Below are positions 63,043 to 64,000 of a stretch of DNA of 64,000 bases, in pieces. Every line of letters begins with the position of its first letter. Positions within the stretch are counted from its first letter, which is position 1. Position numbers and translations under genes: made by a program. The notes under the pieces were generated by a model. It searched no databases and was not told the DNA's origin. It worked only from the letters and a program-made list of their open reading frames with translations. This DNA comes from Lama glama. Lineage: Eukaryota. The stretch covers positions 24,182,001 to 24,246,000 of the forward strand of contig CM052817.1 in the NCBI GenBank assembly GCA_028534125.1, read 5' to 3'.

Positions 63043-63699
63043 CTCAAGTGAAGTGTGCTCTGAAAGAACCATCCAAAGAGTTTGGCCTGTATCTTTTGAA
63101 ATGCTGAAAATTCAGAGCCTGGCACATGACTCACTGATGGAAAAAAATAAAATCAATGCTATAGGAAGAGGAAGAGAGATGACTCCAGAGGAAGAAAGCC
63201 CTACTACCTTGTTTGTAGTAACAAGTAGTCATGTTTTCTGTGGGACATGCATAAACCCCTCAGAGTTACACTGTAAGTCCTCTATCCAAAAAGACCTCCT
63301 TCAGGTGAGCCTCCTACGGAGTGGACTGCAGAAAAATAAGAGCAGAGGGGAAACTATAAGTAGCTAGATAGCAAAGACTTTTGGTCCTGCTAAAAAAGTA
63401 TAGTCAGAGGAACTCAATAATTTGTATCTTAGAAGAATAACAACCAAAAAAAAATTTTTAATCCACAATATAGAATATAAGTATTGATGACTGTTGCCCA
63501 CACAGCATATCATACTAGATTACAACTCCAGTAGTCAAGTAAAATTTTTCTGATCCTGTATGTCTTGTCCCTTAGGTTCAATAGTGGAGGTCTGAGGTAA
63601 CAAAATAATTGGAGATGAGGACTAGGTCAGAAGAGCAAGGGTAGGTACTGAAGAATCCAGCACATCAGAAAGCAGCTAAGTGACACTGTGCAACCAGAA

Positions 63700-63925
63700 T
63701 GCCACCATTTCTTACCACCTCTACCACCACTGCCCTGGTCTGGGGCATTAACTCTTAAGAATTATCACATTAACTTCCTCCCTGCTTTTACCCTTGCCCA
63801 CTACAGTCTATTCTTGACACAGCCAAAGTGATTCTGCTCAAAATAAAGTCAAACCATGTATTCCTCTGTTTAGATTCCCTTTCTCTTAGACTAAAAATCA
63901 AAGCCATAAAATGGCCTGAAGGCCT
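63700..63925 (+). mobile_element. LINE-2 fragment
   Basis: ccctacagtctattcttgacacagccaaagtgattctgctcaaaataaagtcaaaccatgt...atggcctgaaggccta. Confidence 0.75.
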
Positions 63926-64000
63926 ACAGCAGACATAAAGGTGTGCCGCTCAGATCTCCCTTAGAAAAATAATTTGACATCCAGCTGCTTATATTAGCTG

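Overview
AT-rich, CpG-poor mammalian genomic DNA. It is most likely from a camelid, because it carries two copies of the Vic-1-type tRNA-derived SINE; an artiodactyl-type Tigger2/MER2 derivative and laurasiatherian L1 3' ends fit this. It reads as intergenic or deep-intronic sequence: I recognise no intact protein-coding gene, RNA gene or CpG island. The listed ORFs are chance ORFs, repeat remnants or artefacts spanning N-gaps. Much of the window is interspersed repeat (L1, L2, L3/CR1, MIR, MaLR/ERVL/ERV1 LTRs, hAT and Tigger MITEs). Three gaps of exactly 500 N split it into four contigs. The most interesting signals are: (i) two short fragments resembling ancient L1M 3' ends nested inside younger elements; (ii) a solo LTR with a 5-bp TSD carrying a CpG-rich CTCF/YY1-like cassette; (iii) a possible decayed plus-strand exon at 32.1-32.6 kb with phase-compatible upstream splice signals, cut by a gap; (iv) a clear twin-primed, 5'-inverted L1; and (v) octamer and TGACA motif clusters that may be enhancers. 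Repeat family names come from recalled consensus sequences. Boundaries are approximate unless a TSD is quoted. I found no firm evidence of a novel biological system.
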